Shown here: positions 38,016-48,905 of the stretch, piece by piece
Numbering within the stretch: the stretch's first letter is position 1
Layout of the letters: every line of letters starts with the position of its first letter
Origin: an uncultured virus (IMG/VR IMGVR_UViG_3300011871_000003)
Taxonomy: Duplodnaviria > Heunggongvirae > Uroviricota > Caudoviricetes
DNA length: 64,000 bases
Direction: 5' to 3' (one strand)
IMG/VR virus record: IMGVR_UViG_3300011871_000003
Translations under genes and position numbers: made by a program
Notes under the pieces: model-generated
Told to the model about the DNA's origin: nothing
Database searches by the model: none
The model's input: the letters and a program-made list of their open reading frames with translations, nothing else

Positions 38016-38636
38016 ATGAGTAAAGGTTATTATGGATTAAGTTCAAACTTATGGAATGAGCTGGATGATAAGACAAAATCTCTTTATCATCTTGTTCGTC
38101 CTATGCAAAGTTCAAACTACGCAGTGAGTATTGAACTTCATCATCTTGAACGCCAGCTCGAACGTTACGATAGTGAAGCCAAAAAAGATGGTGGTGAGTT
38201 AAAACTGAATCCAGATTTTCAGCGTGGACATGTATGGTCTTTAGAAAAACAAATTAGTTATATTGAGAACTTGATTCGTGGCGTAGCACCTATTAATATC
38301 AAATTTAACTGTGCTAAATTTATTGATTATCATGCAAAAGTTACAGGAATGAATGGATTCGATATGGTCTGTGTTGATGGTCTCCAACGTATGACTGCTG
38401 TTTTATCTTTCATGAAAGGTGATTTTAAAATCTTTGATAATACTCATGATGTAAATAGCTTGGCTGGAACACCATTTGCTATACGCCGTTATTCTTTCCT
38501 TTTTGAAATCTATGATATTAGAGATTATGGCGATTTAATTCAGTTCTATATTGACCTCAATACAGGTGGTGTAGTTCACTCAAATGAAGAAATTGAAAGA
38601 GTAAAAAAACTACAGGAAGAATATAGAAATAAATAA
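38016..38636 (+). CDS. DUF262 / ParB-like domain protein
   Basis: LNPDFQRGHVW, VDGLQR, F..LNTGG motifs. Confidence 0.85.
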   Translation: MSKGYYGLSSNLWNELDDKTKSLYHLVRPMQSSNYAVSIELHHLERQLERYDSEAKKDGGELKLNPDFQRGHVWSLEKQISYIENLIRGVAPINIKFNCAKFIDYHAKVTGMNGFDMVCVDGLQRMTAVLSFMKGDFKIFDNTHDVNSLAGTPFAIRRYSFLFEIYDIRDYGDLIQFYIDLNTGGVVHSNEEIERVKKLQEEYRNK

Positions 38637-38670
38637 AATATAAATAAGGCGATTGGTATCGCCTTATTTT

Positions 38671-40167
38671 TTAAGAAGCTAAATATTCTAATGTATTAAT
38701 AAAAAGCTTTTTATCCTCTTGTGAAATATCCTTTTCTCCTAAAGCCTTAAATACATCACTCATATATAAAAACTCAATATTCCTATTTTTACAAAAAGTT
38801 ATAATATCATCCATAATGGCATTATTACCTTTTACTGCCGAATAATGTTGAGAATATTTATTATATATCAGTTTCTCATCAAAATATAAAGGCAAAATAT
38901 GTTCAACTTTATTTAAAATATAATGACAATAAGAAGAGTGTTCTTGTTCTTTATGATTATCTTGGGTTATTTTTTCTTTATTAAATTCAAAATTATAAAA
39001 AGAGCAATATTTATTAAATAGTGATAAATCATAATAGTTATTTCTAAAAATATTAGGATAAAGAAATAGTCGTCTATATATATAACGAAGTATACCTTTA
39101 AAATAAAATGTATCAAAAATATAAGTCGGATTATTTATTGATGAATCTAATATACTTTTATATAGAATAGTAAAAAATATTAAATCTTTATCTGGATTTT
39201 CCCTATTTTCTACAGAAATTATGTTATTAAAAAGATTTATGAAGAACTCTTTATTTTCAATGTGATTACAAATATAATGATTTAATTCAATAAGTATTTC
39301 ATTTTTTTCATCCCAAGATAAAACCTTATTTTTATTTTCTTTAATATATTCCGACTCGCAATATTTATTCCAAGATTCTATATAAGATGAAGAAAGTGAT
39401 TCTGTATCCTTTCCATGATTATTTAAAAATTTAAGAATATCTTCAAAATCTTTTTGATTAAGAACTTCTTCTTTTTCTATTTTATAGAAGAAATCAGGTA
39501 TTGCTTCATCTAATAGGAATTGAAAATTTCCTGTTTTGACTAAAGCATCATAATCTATTTTATTAGCGATTCTTATTTTTTCTTTAATTAATATATCCTG
39601 TGTATCAGAAAGGAAAGATTTTAAATAGTTAAGTTCTTCCTCTGTTAAAGAGTTATCATACCTAAGATACTTATCTATAAGATTAAGATAATAAGAGATG
39701 TCGAACTTATTAATCCCATAAGAAATATATAATAAGCGTGTTAAAATATTCGTAATTTCTTCATGAGAATGTATAGATATATTAAATATGTTTAAAGAAA
39801 GTACATTATTATTTATAGTATTTAATATGCTTATCTCTTGCTCTGTATCATATATATTACGTTCCATATATAAATAATAAGACCTATAAATATCTTTGAA
39901 AAAATGATATTTATTGTCTGATTTTATTTTTTCTATATTATTTGCCACCACATTAGATTCTACATAACGGTCTAATAATAAAGAAATATGTTTAGGAAAA
40001 TGTTTATAATACAACTTTATATTATCATTATTAATTGTAGAACCATATGAGTATAAAAAGGCATGAAGATTCTTTATAATATTATTATCTGCTATTTTAT
40101 TTTGTGGGTCAGATAAAACCGAACCAAAAGAATCCGCCTTATCTAGAATAAAATCTTTTAATGACAT
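38671..40167 (-). CDS. hypothetical protein
   Basis: 498 aa, very AT-rich ORF, GAGG RBS. Confidence 0.7.
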   Translation of the reverse strand: MSLKDFILDKADSFGSVLSDPQNKIADNNIIKNLHAFLYSYGSTINNDNIKLYYKHFPKHISLLLDRYVESNVVANNIEKIKSDNKYHFFKDIYRSYYLYMERNIYDTEQEISILNTINNNVLSLNIFNISIHSHEEITNILTRLLYISYGINKFDISYYLNLIDKYLRYDNSLTEEELNYLKSFLSDTQDILIKEKIRIANKIDYDALVKTGNFQFLLDEAIPDFFYKIEKEEVLNQKDFEDILKFLNNHGKDTESLSSSYIESWNKYCESEYIKENKNKVLSWDEKNEILIELNHYICNHIENKEFFINLFNNIISVENRENPDKDLIFFTILYKSILDSSINNPTYIFDTFYFKGILRYIYRRLFLYPNIFRNNYYDLSLFNKYCSFYNFEFNKEKITQDNHKEQEHSSYCHYILNKVEHILPLYFDEKLIYNKYSQHYSAVKGNNAIMDDIITFCKNRNIEFLYMSDVFKALGEKDISQEDKKLFINTLEYLAS

Positions 40168-40179
40168 TAATTATTCCTC

Positions 40180-40761
40180 TTATTTATAGTCAATATTTTT
40201 CTGTCCAAAGAAGGTTATAAGATTATTAGACACATCAATCCATAATGCTTTATCTTTAGGAATATAAGCTAAATAAGTGAAAGGTAATTCATTTTCTTTA
40301 AAAAGTCTTGCACTAATAATATCACCATCAATTATTTTATTATCTTTTTTATTAGATGATATTAATTTAGAAAGTTTTTTAAATAATAAATCATCGTCTC
40401 TAAAAGCCTCTATATCATCTTCATACATAGCAAATAGATGAACACCATCTTCATTTTTAATCTTCTCAAAAGAAGAATAGGGCGCTCTAATCATATCTGA
40501 TATAGCCTGTTCTGCCGATACTTCTCCTTCTTTGAATAAATCAAAGAACTTTCCGTTTTCATGTGGTTTAAAATAAGTATAACCAGAGTTATTAACAACA
40601 AAATCATATGTTTGTTTTGAATCTAATTTCTCTGAAACCTTTATTGTATCTTTCATATAATGATTTTTATCTGAAAAAAGCTTCCAAAAGTCACTAACAA
40701 AAATACTTTTAAGATGTTTTACGTATGAATCTTTAATGGTAAAAAATATAATGTTTTTCAT
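40180..40761 (-). CDS. hypothetical protein
   Basis: 193 aa, GAGGA RBS, co-oriented with 38671 gene. Confidence 0.7.
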   Translation of the reverse strand: MKNIIFFTIKDSYVKHLKSIFVSDFWKLFSDKNHYMKDTIKVSEKLDSKQTYDFVVNNSGYTYFKPHENGKFFDLFKEGEVSAEQAISDMIRAPYSSFEKIKNEDGVHLFAMYEDDIEAFRDDDLLFKKLSKLISSNKKDNKIIDGDIISARLFKENELPFTYLAYIPKDKALWIDVSNNLITFFGQKNIDYK

Positions 40762-40892
40762 TGTTAATCCTCATTTATTATTTAATGAATTATATGTTTT
40801 TAACTATATTTTATGCAAATTTAAAATAAGTTTTACTAGACTACAAAAAAAGAGTAATGTTAAATGTATGATGTTGAGTAAATGAGGTAGAT

Positions 40893-41474
40893 ATGTCAGA
40901 TAATAGTAATAACTTCAAAGAAGTGCTTTTAAAGAATTCAAAAACTAACAGTGAGTCTCAAAAATATTTTTTATTATTCCTAAAAATAGAAAAAATGCTA
41001 AAAGAAGAAAAATATCGTTGGTTATCAAATAATAAATTATTCATGGAAATAAGACAGAAGCCTTTTATTTATTTAGATAAAAGACTGTTTAATAGTGTGC
41101 TTAATTTTGCATTATGGTGTTTTATAGCTCATTTGTTAATAATGCCATTATATACTGTTTCTAACTTTCCAGATTTAAAACAATATTATGGTCTTGCTAC
41201 CGTTCTAAACGGAGCTATCCTTCATTTTTTTATGAGTTTTAGGCTTAAAAGACTGATGTTATTAAGTATAAATGTAGCATTCGATAGATCTGTGATGGAT
41301 AAACAGTTTTTTAATAAATTGTTGGAAGCAATACCTGATGATAGACTTCAAGATAAAAAAGATATGTTGGACATACTAAGTAAATATTCATATGGATATA
41401 CCGGAGTAAAAAAATACATGTATGTATTAGCTTATAAGATAATGAATAGTGCTCAAAAAACTACCATTGATTGA
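40893..41474 (+). CDS. membrane protein (2 TM)
   Basis: two central hydrophobic segments, GAGGT RBS. Confidence 0.65.
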   Translation: MSDNSNNFKEVLLKNSKTNSESQKYFLLFLKIEKMLKEEKYRWLSNNKLFMEIRQKPFIYLDKRLFNSVLNFALWCFIAHLLIMPLYTVSNFPDLKQYYGLATVLNGAILHFFMSFRLKRLMLLSINVAFDRSVMDKQFFNKLLEAIPDDRLQDKKDMLDILSKYSYGYTGVKKYMYVLAYKIMNSAQKTTID

Positions 41475-41532
41475 TTATTATAAGATGAATGTGGTATAAT
41501 GGCGTCATAAAATAAACCAATCATGAGGTTGT

Positions 41533-42699
41533 ATGAGCATAAAACAGTATGATCCACAATATGAAACAAATGTTCCTCATTTTAATCGTAAAGTGGTGGA
41601 ACAATGGGTTTCAGAAAATGATTTAGAAAAAATTTCTCATTGGTTAGAAAATGGTAGGCCACATCAAAGACTGGCTAATGAAGCCGTTCATTTTGCTATT
41701 TATAAAGATAATCCTAATGTAATAGAATTAGTTTATAATTCAGAATGGGTAGAAAAAGAAAAAATTCTTGAATATGTGCTATCAAAGTGTGAAACAAGTC
41801 TTTTCCCTAAAAAAGATGGAAGAGATTATTTTCCAAATGTAAGAGAATGGTCAGTTATTAAAACCTTTAATGAGATTAAATCAAAGGGTATTAAGGAAAA
41901 AACAATCAAAGAACTTATTTTTATCATAAGTAAAACATTAAGTTGTGATAAGGCATATAATTTCGGGGTTGATTACTCCATCAAAACTGTATCTGAATAC
42001 GTTTCAAATTTATCTAATTATTTGAAAAATGAAATGGCAGTTCTTGATAAATATTATAATAGGGAAGAAAGTAAAGAACAAATTCAAAAACATATCGTTT
42101 CATGTGTATCTTATTTAGATGCTATTGTTTTCTTGGTAAAAAATAAAGCAAATGTTGGGGATGTTTTTTTTCGAACTTTAGTGATGTATAGTAATCGTAA
42201 AGGGTTTGAATTTATAAAACCCTATATCGAAGAAGTGTTATCTGCAGATAGTGTTATTATTAATGATCATAAAAAAATGGGTTTATTGGCAACAGAACTT
42301 GCTGTATGGAAACAAAGTAAAGAAGTGGATAAAGAAACCTTTATTAATTTGGTTAAGCTATTTATTAGAAGTAGATTAAAAGAAAAGCTTATAATCAAGA
42401 AAAAAGAAGTAATTGATGAATATCCTAAAAAAGGAGAGCTTTATGACTATTTTAGGGTGAGAAATGGTGTCGTAGGAGGTATTGAAAGAAATAGAAGTCA
42501 AAGGCAAAACTTTAGACCTAATCAAAACTTATTTTACAATGATTATGAGCTATTTATAAAAGATAAGGTAATAATAGATATCAGGGAATATATTTTTATC
42601 AATCATGATAAAGGTGATAGCTACAATCTTATTCCAGTTTCGAAAGAAGAAATTCAGGAATCTATTAAAAAATATGAAAGTTTAAAGTTGAAAATGTAA
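41533..42699 (+). CDS. hypothetical protein
   Basis: 388 aa, own promoter (TATAAT about 41495) and TTCG terminator. Confidence 0.7.
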   Translation: MSIKQYDPQYETNVPHFNRKVVEQWVSENDLEKISHWLENGRPHQRLANEAVHFAIYKDNPNVIELVYNSEWVEKEKILEYVLSKCETSLFPKKDGRDYFPNVREWSVIKTFNEIKSKGIKEKTIKELIFIISKTLSCDKAYNFGVDYSIKTVSEYVSNLSNYLKNEMAVLDKYYNREESKEQIQKHIVSCVSYLDAIVFLVKNKANVGDVFFRTLVMYSNRKGFEFIKPYIEEVLSADSVIINDHKKMGLLATELAVWKQSKEVDKETFINLVKLFIRSRLKEKLIIKKKEVIDEYPKKGELYDYFRVRNGVVGGIERNRSQRQNFRPNQNLFYNDYELFIKDKVIIDIREYIFINHDKGDSYNLIPVSKEEIQESIKKYESLKLKM

Positions 42700-42783
42700 G
42701 GCTCTTCGGAGCCTTTTTCATTGCACTAGATAATGACAACTGATAAAATACATTAAATAACCCAAAACAGAAAGGTGTTGTAA

Positions 42784-43470
42784 ATGAACATATCTGGTGC
42801 GACAGAAATGCAGATTGAGTGTATCAAAGAACATATTGAGTACATAGATGCTTGTCTAGAAAAAACATTATCTAATCTAAAGAAAAAAGAGTCATATTAT
42901 GCTTTGAATGAAAAAGGCCAATTCGAAATTGAGTACATATTAAACTACATTTTAATCGCTGATAAATATTGTGAAGATGTTATTCGTAAGATTTATCAAA
43001 ATGTAGGTTTCGTTGATATTAAATTTAAGGGGCAGAATATTACCTTATTAGTTGATCCTAAGATCCAAAAAATAAATGAGGACTTGGAATATTTTAGCCA
43101 TTTTTCTTCATTAGAAGAAATAGTAAAAATAAATAATGAGATTATGGCTTTAGATTTAAAGACTTCTTGTGAGCATATCATCGATGTTATTGATGACAAG
43201 ATCGAAAATAACAATNNNNNNNNNNNNNNNNNNNNNNNNNNNNNNNNNNNNNNNNNNNNNNNNNNNNNNNNNNNNNNNNNNNNNNNNNNNNNNNNNNNNN
43301 NNNNNNNNNNNAAAAAAGAAGATATTTCCACCGAGATTTGGAATGTTCGTTTAAATTTTGAAACAAGTTATAAAATTATTAAAAAATATATACGTCAAGG
43401 ATTTAAAAAAGTCGATTTTTGTTTAGGTATTCATGACAAAGAAAACTTGATTGTAAAACTAAAAGTATAA
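42784..43470 (+). CDS. hypothetical protein (spans N gap)
   Basis: ORF open on both sides of 43216-43311 gap. Confidence 0.55.
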   Translation: MNISGATEMQIECIKEHIEYIDACLEKTLSNLKKKESYYALNEKGQFEIEYILNYILIADKYCEDVIRKIYQNVGFVDIKFKGQNITLLVDPKIQKINEDLEYFSHFSSLEEIVKINNEIMALDLKTSCEHIIDVIDDKIENNNXXXXXXXXXXXXXXXXXXXXXXXXXXXXXXXXKKEDISTEIWNVRLNFETSYKIIKKYIRQGFKKVDFCLGIHDKENLIVKLKV

Positions 43471-43542
43471 ATTTCTTGTTACGAACGTTTTTTTCTGTTA
43501 CAATCAACAAAATAATGAATGTTAATCTAAAACGAGGTAGTT

Positions 43543-44256
43543 ATGAGTTTAAATGAAATGGAGTTGTGCTTAATCAATCATATTGGCCCTATGCCTAAAT
43601 ATGATGCAGAATCTATTGAAAAAGCTTCTATGTTAGTATCTCTTGCCGGGACTGCTGCGTTCACAAGAAAAGTATTTAAAAAGACAAACAAATTAAGTTT
43701 TTTCATTAGATTTGATGATGTAAAAGAATATATTTTATCAAATATCTTTGATAAAAAAGTATATTCATCATTAGATTTCCATTCATTCACCTCGCATGAA
43801 GTACATTCTAAGAACTTTAATGGTGTAAAAGAGTTCAGCGCTCCACTTCAAAAAAGCATTAATGAAGTAATTGTTGAGCTGGTTAAAAATACAAAGGATG
43901 GGGCAAACTTTGATCCAAATTCACCATTCACTGTGGAATGTCAAAATACAAGTTCTTCATTTGTGATTAAACAGAAGCTACCAGAAGAAGAAGTTCTTGA
44001 AACAGAAAAACAAAGAACAGATCGTATTGTTAGTGTGTTAAATAGCTATTTTAAGGAATGGAATAACGCTCTACAAGATTATAAAAATCTTCTACTAACG
44101 CTTGAGTCTCTAGAAAAGAGTGTAGAACTTCAAGACGAAGTTAAATCTGGTATTATTGAAGATTTCTTTAAGAATAAAGAAGAACCATCTAATGCTAAAA
44201 ATCTGGTAAATAAAATTACATTGCGTGAATATATCGAAAAGCACGCTAAAAAATAA
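43543..44256 (+). CDS. hypothetical protein
   Basis: 237 aa, GAGGT RBS. Confidence 0.7.
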   Translation: MSLNEMELCLINHIGPMPKYDAESIEKASMLVSLAGTAAFTRKVFKKTNKLSFFIRFDDVKEYILSNIFDKKVYSSLDFHSFTSHEVHSKNFNGVKEFSAPLQKSINEVIVELVKNTKDGANFDPNSPFTVECQNTSSSFVIKQKLPEEEVLETEKQRTDRIVSVLNSYFKEWNNALQDYKNLLLTLESLEKSVELQDEVKSGIIEDFFKNKEEPSNAKNLVNKITLREYIEKHAKK

Positions 44257-44267
44257 GAGAAAACAAT

Positions 44268-44618
44268 ATGAAAGAATATTATATTTTAAGTGTTTCGCAT
44301 ACTTATAAGGTAGATAGTCACATCCTTTTATGGGCTGATAACAATAAAGGTTATACTTTTATTGTAGAAGAAGCAGGTCGATATAGTGAACAAAAAGTGT
44401 TAGAAAGCTTGGAATATTATAACAATGGTCGAGGAACGCTCGCTGTTCCATGTGATGTGGTAGATAGTATGAAAACTCGTCCTGATATCAAATCAGGTTT
44501 AAATGGTTCCATTATTCTTCACTCAAAAGATAACTGGAAAGATTTTTTAAGATATGCGATTGCTAAACCAGAAAATGTTCCAAAAATTAAGTATAAAGAA
44601 GTTGAGAAAGTAGCTTAA
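44268..44618 (+). CDS. phage-type hypothetical protein
   Basis: YILS..HT...LLW..NNKGYT...EAGRYS pattern. Confidence 0.7.
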   Translation: MKEYYILSVSHTYKVDSHILLWADNNKGYTFIVEEAGRYSEQKVLESLEYYNNGRGTLAVPCDVVDSMKTRPDIKSGLNGSIILHSKDNWKDFLRYAIAKPENVPKIKYKEVEKVA

Positions 44619-44713
44619 CTATTAGGAAAATAAAGGAAAAACCAGTATCAGAATGCTGGTTTTTTACTTTAACAACTGGTATAATCATTCTTAATTTAAA
44701 ACTGGAGAATAAA

Positions 44714-45484
44714 ATGAATAAGCAGAAAGTGATTGATTATCTATGGAATGATATTAATACATCTAATGATCAGCGTCGAAAATCTTTCAATAGATGGAAA
44801 AACAATAATTCATTTTTCTATGCCGGTATCATAAGTAATAATTCTCAAGATAAACCTTATTCTTGTTTGTTATATCTTTTTTCTAATAAAGATGTAGACA
44901 CTACAGAAATAAAATCACTTGATGAGTTTCGTGCTGCCTTTGATGATACATTTCGATATAAAAGCTTAAATGATGAAATAAAAGCTATCTTCAAAGATAA
45001 TATTTATAAAATTCCTGTATCAGAAATCCCTGATTGGAATTTTAAGATTGGTTCTTATCAAGAACTATTAGATGCTGAAGTATTAGAAGTAGAATCTTTA
45101 GAAGAATTGAAAGATGCTATTTGCCAATATACAGGGATAGATAAGTATGAGTTAAGTGAACTTTATGATAAGCATCTTGATAATGTAAAAATAGAACGAA
45201 TTTATGAAAAAACTGATAGTGATTTCAAATATGGGGATATTACTTCCAGAATTTCTTATAAAGGTGAAGTAATCGGACATTTCAATCGTGGTGGAAAATG
45301 GATGGACACTTATGTTTATTACACCCATGATTTAAATAAATGGAAAGAAATGTTGGAGCATATTATTTCGGAATTAAACCTTCAACGTCCAGTAGATGAA
45401 TATGTTTATCTTTTCAAGAAAGAAGATGATCTTTATGATGTAGCACATATTAAGGGTTATCATGATACAGAGGATGGAGAATAA
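44714..45484 (+). CDS. hypothetical protein
   Basis: 256 aa, GGAG RBS. Confidence 0.7.
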   Translation: MNKQKVIDYLWNDINTSNDQRRKSFNRWKNNNSFFYAGIISNNSQDKPYSCLLYLFSNKDVDTTEIKSLDEFRAAFDDTFRYKSLNDEIKAIFKDNIYKIPVSEIPDWNFKIGSYQELLDAEVLEVESLEELKDAICQYTGIDKYELSELYDKHLDNVKIERIYEKTDSDFKYGDITSRISYKGEVIGHFNRGGKWMDTYVYYTHDLNKWKEMLEHIISELNLQRPVDEYVYLFKKEDDLYDVAHIKGYHDTEDGE

Positions 45485-45486
45485 GT

Positions 45487-45627
45487 ATGAATGCTACATT
45501 TCAAAAATTCCTGAAAGAAGCTAATCGAACAGCAACAAAATCAGAGGTATATTTTGCTTTAGGTGTACTATTTGGTTTTTGTTCTGCAATGGTCGTTGCT
45601 ATGAGTTTACTGTTAACATTTAAATAA
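45487..45627 (+). CDS. small membrane protein (46 aa)
   Basis: not in ORF track; GGAG RBS; C-terminal TM; terminator follows. Confidence 0.55.
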   Translation: MNATFQKFLKEANRTATKSEVYFALGVLFGFCSAMVVAMSLLLTFK

Positions 45628-45661
45628 GCTACTCCGGTAGCTTTTTATTATAGGATAAAAT

Positions 45662-45874
45662 ATGGAGAATAAAATTTCATTAAGTAAAAAACTTGGAGAG
45701 ATGGAGAAGTTTTTCATTTACGCTCCTATTTTATTAATAACATTATTTGTAAGTCAGCAAGCAGATAAAAACTCATATTATTATCCTATTTCTTTAGGAG
45801 TTGGATTAGCAATAATGGCAGTATTATCTATTGCTTTAAACAAAATAAAAGTAAATCGAAAGGAAATATTATGA
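45662..45874 (+). CDS. small membrane protein
   Basis: 2 TM, AGGA RBS. Confidence 0.65.
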   Translation: MENKISLSKKLGEMEKFFIYAPILLITLFVSQQADKNSYYYPISLGVGLAIMAVLSIALNKIKVNRKEIL

Positions 45875-46062
45875 AACAAGCTCTACTAGAATATAACGAA
45901 ACGACTCAAGAGTATCATGTAAAAAGAGATGGAGAAAGTAAACATACATGTAAAAAATATCGTGATGCTTGGCGCTTTGTAAATGGTCTTTTAACCTCTG
46001 GAGAAATTGAGTCCATTGATAATAAAGTTGTTCCAGAACAATCAGTATTTATCAAAAAATAA
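45871..46062 (+). CDS. hypothetical protein
   Basis: ATGA overlap with upstream gene. Confidence 0.65.
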   Translation: MKQALLEYNETTQEYHVKRDGESKHTCKKYRDAWRFVNGLLTSGEIESIDNKVVPEQSVFIKK

Positions 46063-46129
46063 ACATTTTCTTGTGCTTGACTACTATCTATTATATAATG
46101 ACTTCAACAAAATATGATGGATAAAGAAG

Positions 46130-46420
46130 ATGAAAAAAGCAAAAATTGAGTTAAGTTTTGGCGAAAAATCGGTAGTAAGATTTTTAGACAATAAAAAATA
46201 CGATTTTGAAAAAGGATCTTCTCGTCCATTACCTGTAGGTGTTTGCTTTAATATTGGAAACAAAAAGAAGTTTTCTCATTCGTGTAACTTAACTTGTGAT
46301 GAGCTTAATATTGCTCTCAATCTTTTACAAAGTAAAGAGTTATTAAAAGTTGATAAAAGCTCCAATCCGTATTCGTATGGATTAACCGAATCGGGCTATA
46401 AAATATCTCAATATTGCTAA
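46130..46420 (+). CDS. hypothetical protein, possible winged helix
   Basis: L..LQSKELL.....Y.LTESG pattern; promoter TTGTGC 46071-N17-TATAAT. Confidence 0.6.
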   Translation: MKKAKIELSFGEKSVVRFLDNKKYDFEKGSSRPLPVGVCFNIGNKKKFSHSCNLTCDELNIALNLLQSKELLKVDKSSNPYSYGLTESGYKISQYC

Positions 46421-46526
46421 ATATTTAAAGACTGCCCTGCAGTCTTTTTTTGTATTTAAAGTAATCAAAAATTTGTAGTTAAAAGATAAGATAAGGTATC
46501 ATATCTTAATAAGATGAGGGTAGAGT

Positions 46527-47666
46527 ATGATACTAACTAAAAATAAAACAATGCTCAACGAGAAGCATAAAACCAAATTTAAAAAAAGCAGTTTTATCAA
46601 AAAAAGTATAATTGGTGGGGCTATTTTATTTAGCGCTATATTTAGTTGGGAAGTTTCTGTTACATTAACCAATAGTATAAATATTTCTAACAGAATAGAT
46701 GCTAGTATAGATAACTTCGCAGGAATGAACAACTATGATAATTTTAAAACAAGAATAAATAATACTCCTTACACAGAACAGCAGTTTCAAAGAGATTTGA
46801 AGCTATTTGGATACATATTTGAAAACAATAATACTCCACTGATGCAAGTAAAATATGGGAAATATGAATTATATAATTTTATGATAGATAGAATGGTTCT
46901 AAAAAATGAAAATATTGATAAAACGTTTTTATCAATGATTAATGAATCAAATAAATTTAAAAATGAAAATATTGACATTACAGCTTTTGGCAATAAAAAA
47001 TATTCTAATTTTTTTAAACCTACTTCGTTTTATTCCTCTGAAAATGAAAAAATAAAATCCACTTATAGGTCAGCTTTATTTAGATTTAATGGTGATCACC
47101 CGTCTATGGGAGACGCTGTTTTAATTGATAATACAATCTATGAGAATATAAGAAAATTAATAAAAGAAGAGGGATTATCAGAAGATGCATTGTATATAGG
47201 AAAAGATAAACGAAAGGAATATATGAAGGCTCTTGCTAAAGTAATGGGTGGAAAAGAATCTTATAAAAATGAAGGAGAATATATGAAAGCTCTAGATAAG
47301 CTTGACTATGATTTTTATAAAGAAAAAACAGAGTCTTTAAACAAAATAAAGGAATATTATAAAAATGGAAATTATGAAAAAATTAGAAGAATATTTAAAG
47401 TATTAAATGGATTTTCTGTACTTATTTTTGATGATATTGTAAATAAAAATAATTTTGAAACATATGGAGTAAGGCCATCATATATAGTTGAAGAGAAAAT
47501 GAAAGATTTAGGTTTAATAGAAAAAGATAAATATGATGAAGATAGCGAATCATTTAAAAAATATTATATAGATGATGCCAGAAAGGTGGCAAAAATAAAA
47601 GGAACTTATAACCAAGAATCAAAAAAATATTATGATGGGGAAAAATGGTTAATGTTAAACTATTAA
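46527..47666 (+). CDS. single-TM exported protein, MILTK family copy 1
   Basis: basic N-terminus, TM, PYT..QF..DLKLF, YYKNG...KIR.IFK. Confidence 0.75.
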   Translation: MILTKNKTMLNEKHKTKFKKSSFIKKSIIGGAILFSAIFSWEVSVTLTNSINISNRIDASIDNFAGMNNYDNFKTRINNTPYTEQQFQRDLKLFGYIFENNNTPLMQVKYGKYELYNFMIDRMVLKNENIDKTFLSMINESNKFKNENIDITAFGNKKYSNFFKPTSFYSSENEKIKSTYRSALFRFNGDHPSMGDAVLIDNTIYENIRKLIKEEGLSEDALYIGKDKRKEYMKALAKVMGGKESYKNEGEYMKALDKLDYDFYKEKTESLNKIKEYYKNGNYEKIRRIFKVLNGFSVLIFDDIVNKNNFETYGVRPSYIVEEKMKDLGLIEKDKYDEDSESFKKYYIDDARKVAKIKGTYNQESKKYYDGEKWLMLNY

Positions 47667-47791
47667 AGGATAATTATGATACTAAATATAACTAAAGAAG
47701 TTTATTTAGGAATGAAAGGAAATTATAGTAAAATATTTGAAAAATACTATAAAAGAAAATCTTATGATTTACTAAAATATTAGAGGCTGAG

Positions 47792-48874
47792 ATGATATTA
47801 ACAAAAGATAAAACAATAAATAGTTCAAAAATAAAAAAGCTGTATAATAAAAGACCATTAAAAAAAATGAAGAAAGCTTTATTTGCCGTTGCTATTGTTA
47901 GTGGATTATTTGTTGCGGGTAATACAGTAATACTTTCTTCTGATGTTGTTAAAACATCGAATTTAGTAAAAGAAAAAATAGAATATTATAACAATTTAAA
48001 CAGTTATAATAACTTTTATAAAGCTATGGAAGCTGTTCCTTATACCGAAGATGATTTCAAAAAAGATTTATCATTATTTGAATATTTATATGTTAATAAT
48101 AATGCAGTTTCAGATAAGGTATTTTCTACAAAAGAAGTAGGATTTTATAATTTTACTGAAATGAAATTAAAATATTTAGATAGGCAAGAGTTTTTCCCAC
48201 AATTTTTAAAAGAAACAAGTTCTATGAATTATTCGGATAATAATCCAAATGATAATAATGGTTATAACCCCTATAAAAAAGCAGGAATATATAAAGAACT
48301 ATTAAATGATAAAAATGGGGGCGTGGTAAAGTTTAATAGAATATTATCTTCTACATTTATGATGGGAAGTAATAATCATGTTATAAATTATCCTTTAATA
48401 AAAGATGAGTTAAATAATATTAGAGAATATACTCTAAGTAAAGGATTTTCTGCTGATTTATATTCAGTTCCAACAAATTTAATAAGTAAAAACCTTGAGG
48501 AAGAAAAAATATATGATCAAAATAGGGATTTCGAAAAATCTAAAGAATCAAGGGAAAGATTTTATGAAGAAAAAAAGAGAATAGGTGAAGCTAACATGAA
48601 AACCCTATTAAGTTATTACAAGAATAAAGATTATGACAAACTTAGAGAAGTTTTTAAAATAGGTAATGCTTACAGTAAAGTAATGATAGAAAACGCTCCT
48701 ACGCTCGAAAGAAAAGGGTTATATTTTAATAATATGAATAAAGGTCTTTCTGGACACATAAGTGGATATATAAATCTAAGCCCTCTTGTTTTAAAATACA
48801 GTGAAATGCAAGGCTTAGTAAACAAAGAAAATAGACAATACTATGAAAACATGAATTTATTCTATTGGTTTTAA
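47792..48874 (+). CDS. single-TM exported protein, MILTK family copy 2
   Basis: same motifs as copy 1. Confidence 0.75.
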   Translation: MILTKDKTINSSKIKKLYNKRPLKKMKKALFAVAIVSGLFVAGNTVILSSDVVKTSNLVKEKIEYYNNLNSYNNFYKAMEAVPYTEDDFKKDLSLFEYLYVNNNAVSDKVFSTKEVGFYNFTEMKLKYLDRQEFFPQFLKETSSMNYSDNNPNDNNGYNPYKKAGIYKELLNDKNGGVVKFNRILSSTFMMGSNNHVINYPLIKDELNNIREYTLSKGFSADLYSVPTNLISKNLEEEKIYDQNRDFEKSKESRERFYEEKKRIGEANMKTLLSYYKNKDYDKLREVFKIGNAYSKVMIENAPTLERKGLYFNNMNKGLSGHISGYINLSPLVLKYSEMQGLVNKENRQYYENMNLFYWF

Positions 48875-48905
48875 ATAAAATATAAAAGATAAAAGAGAAA
48901 GCATA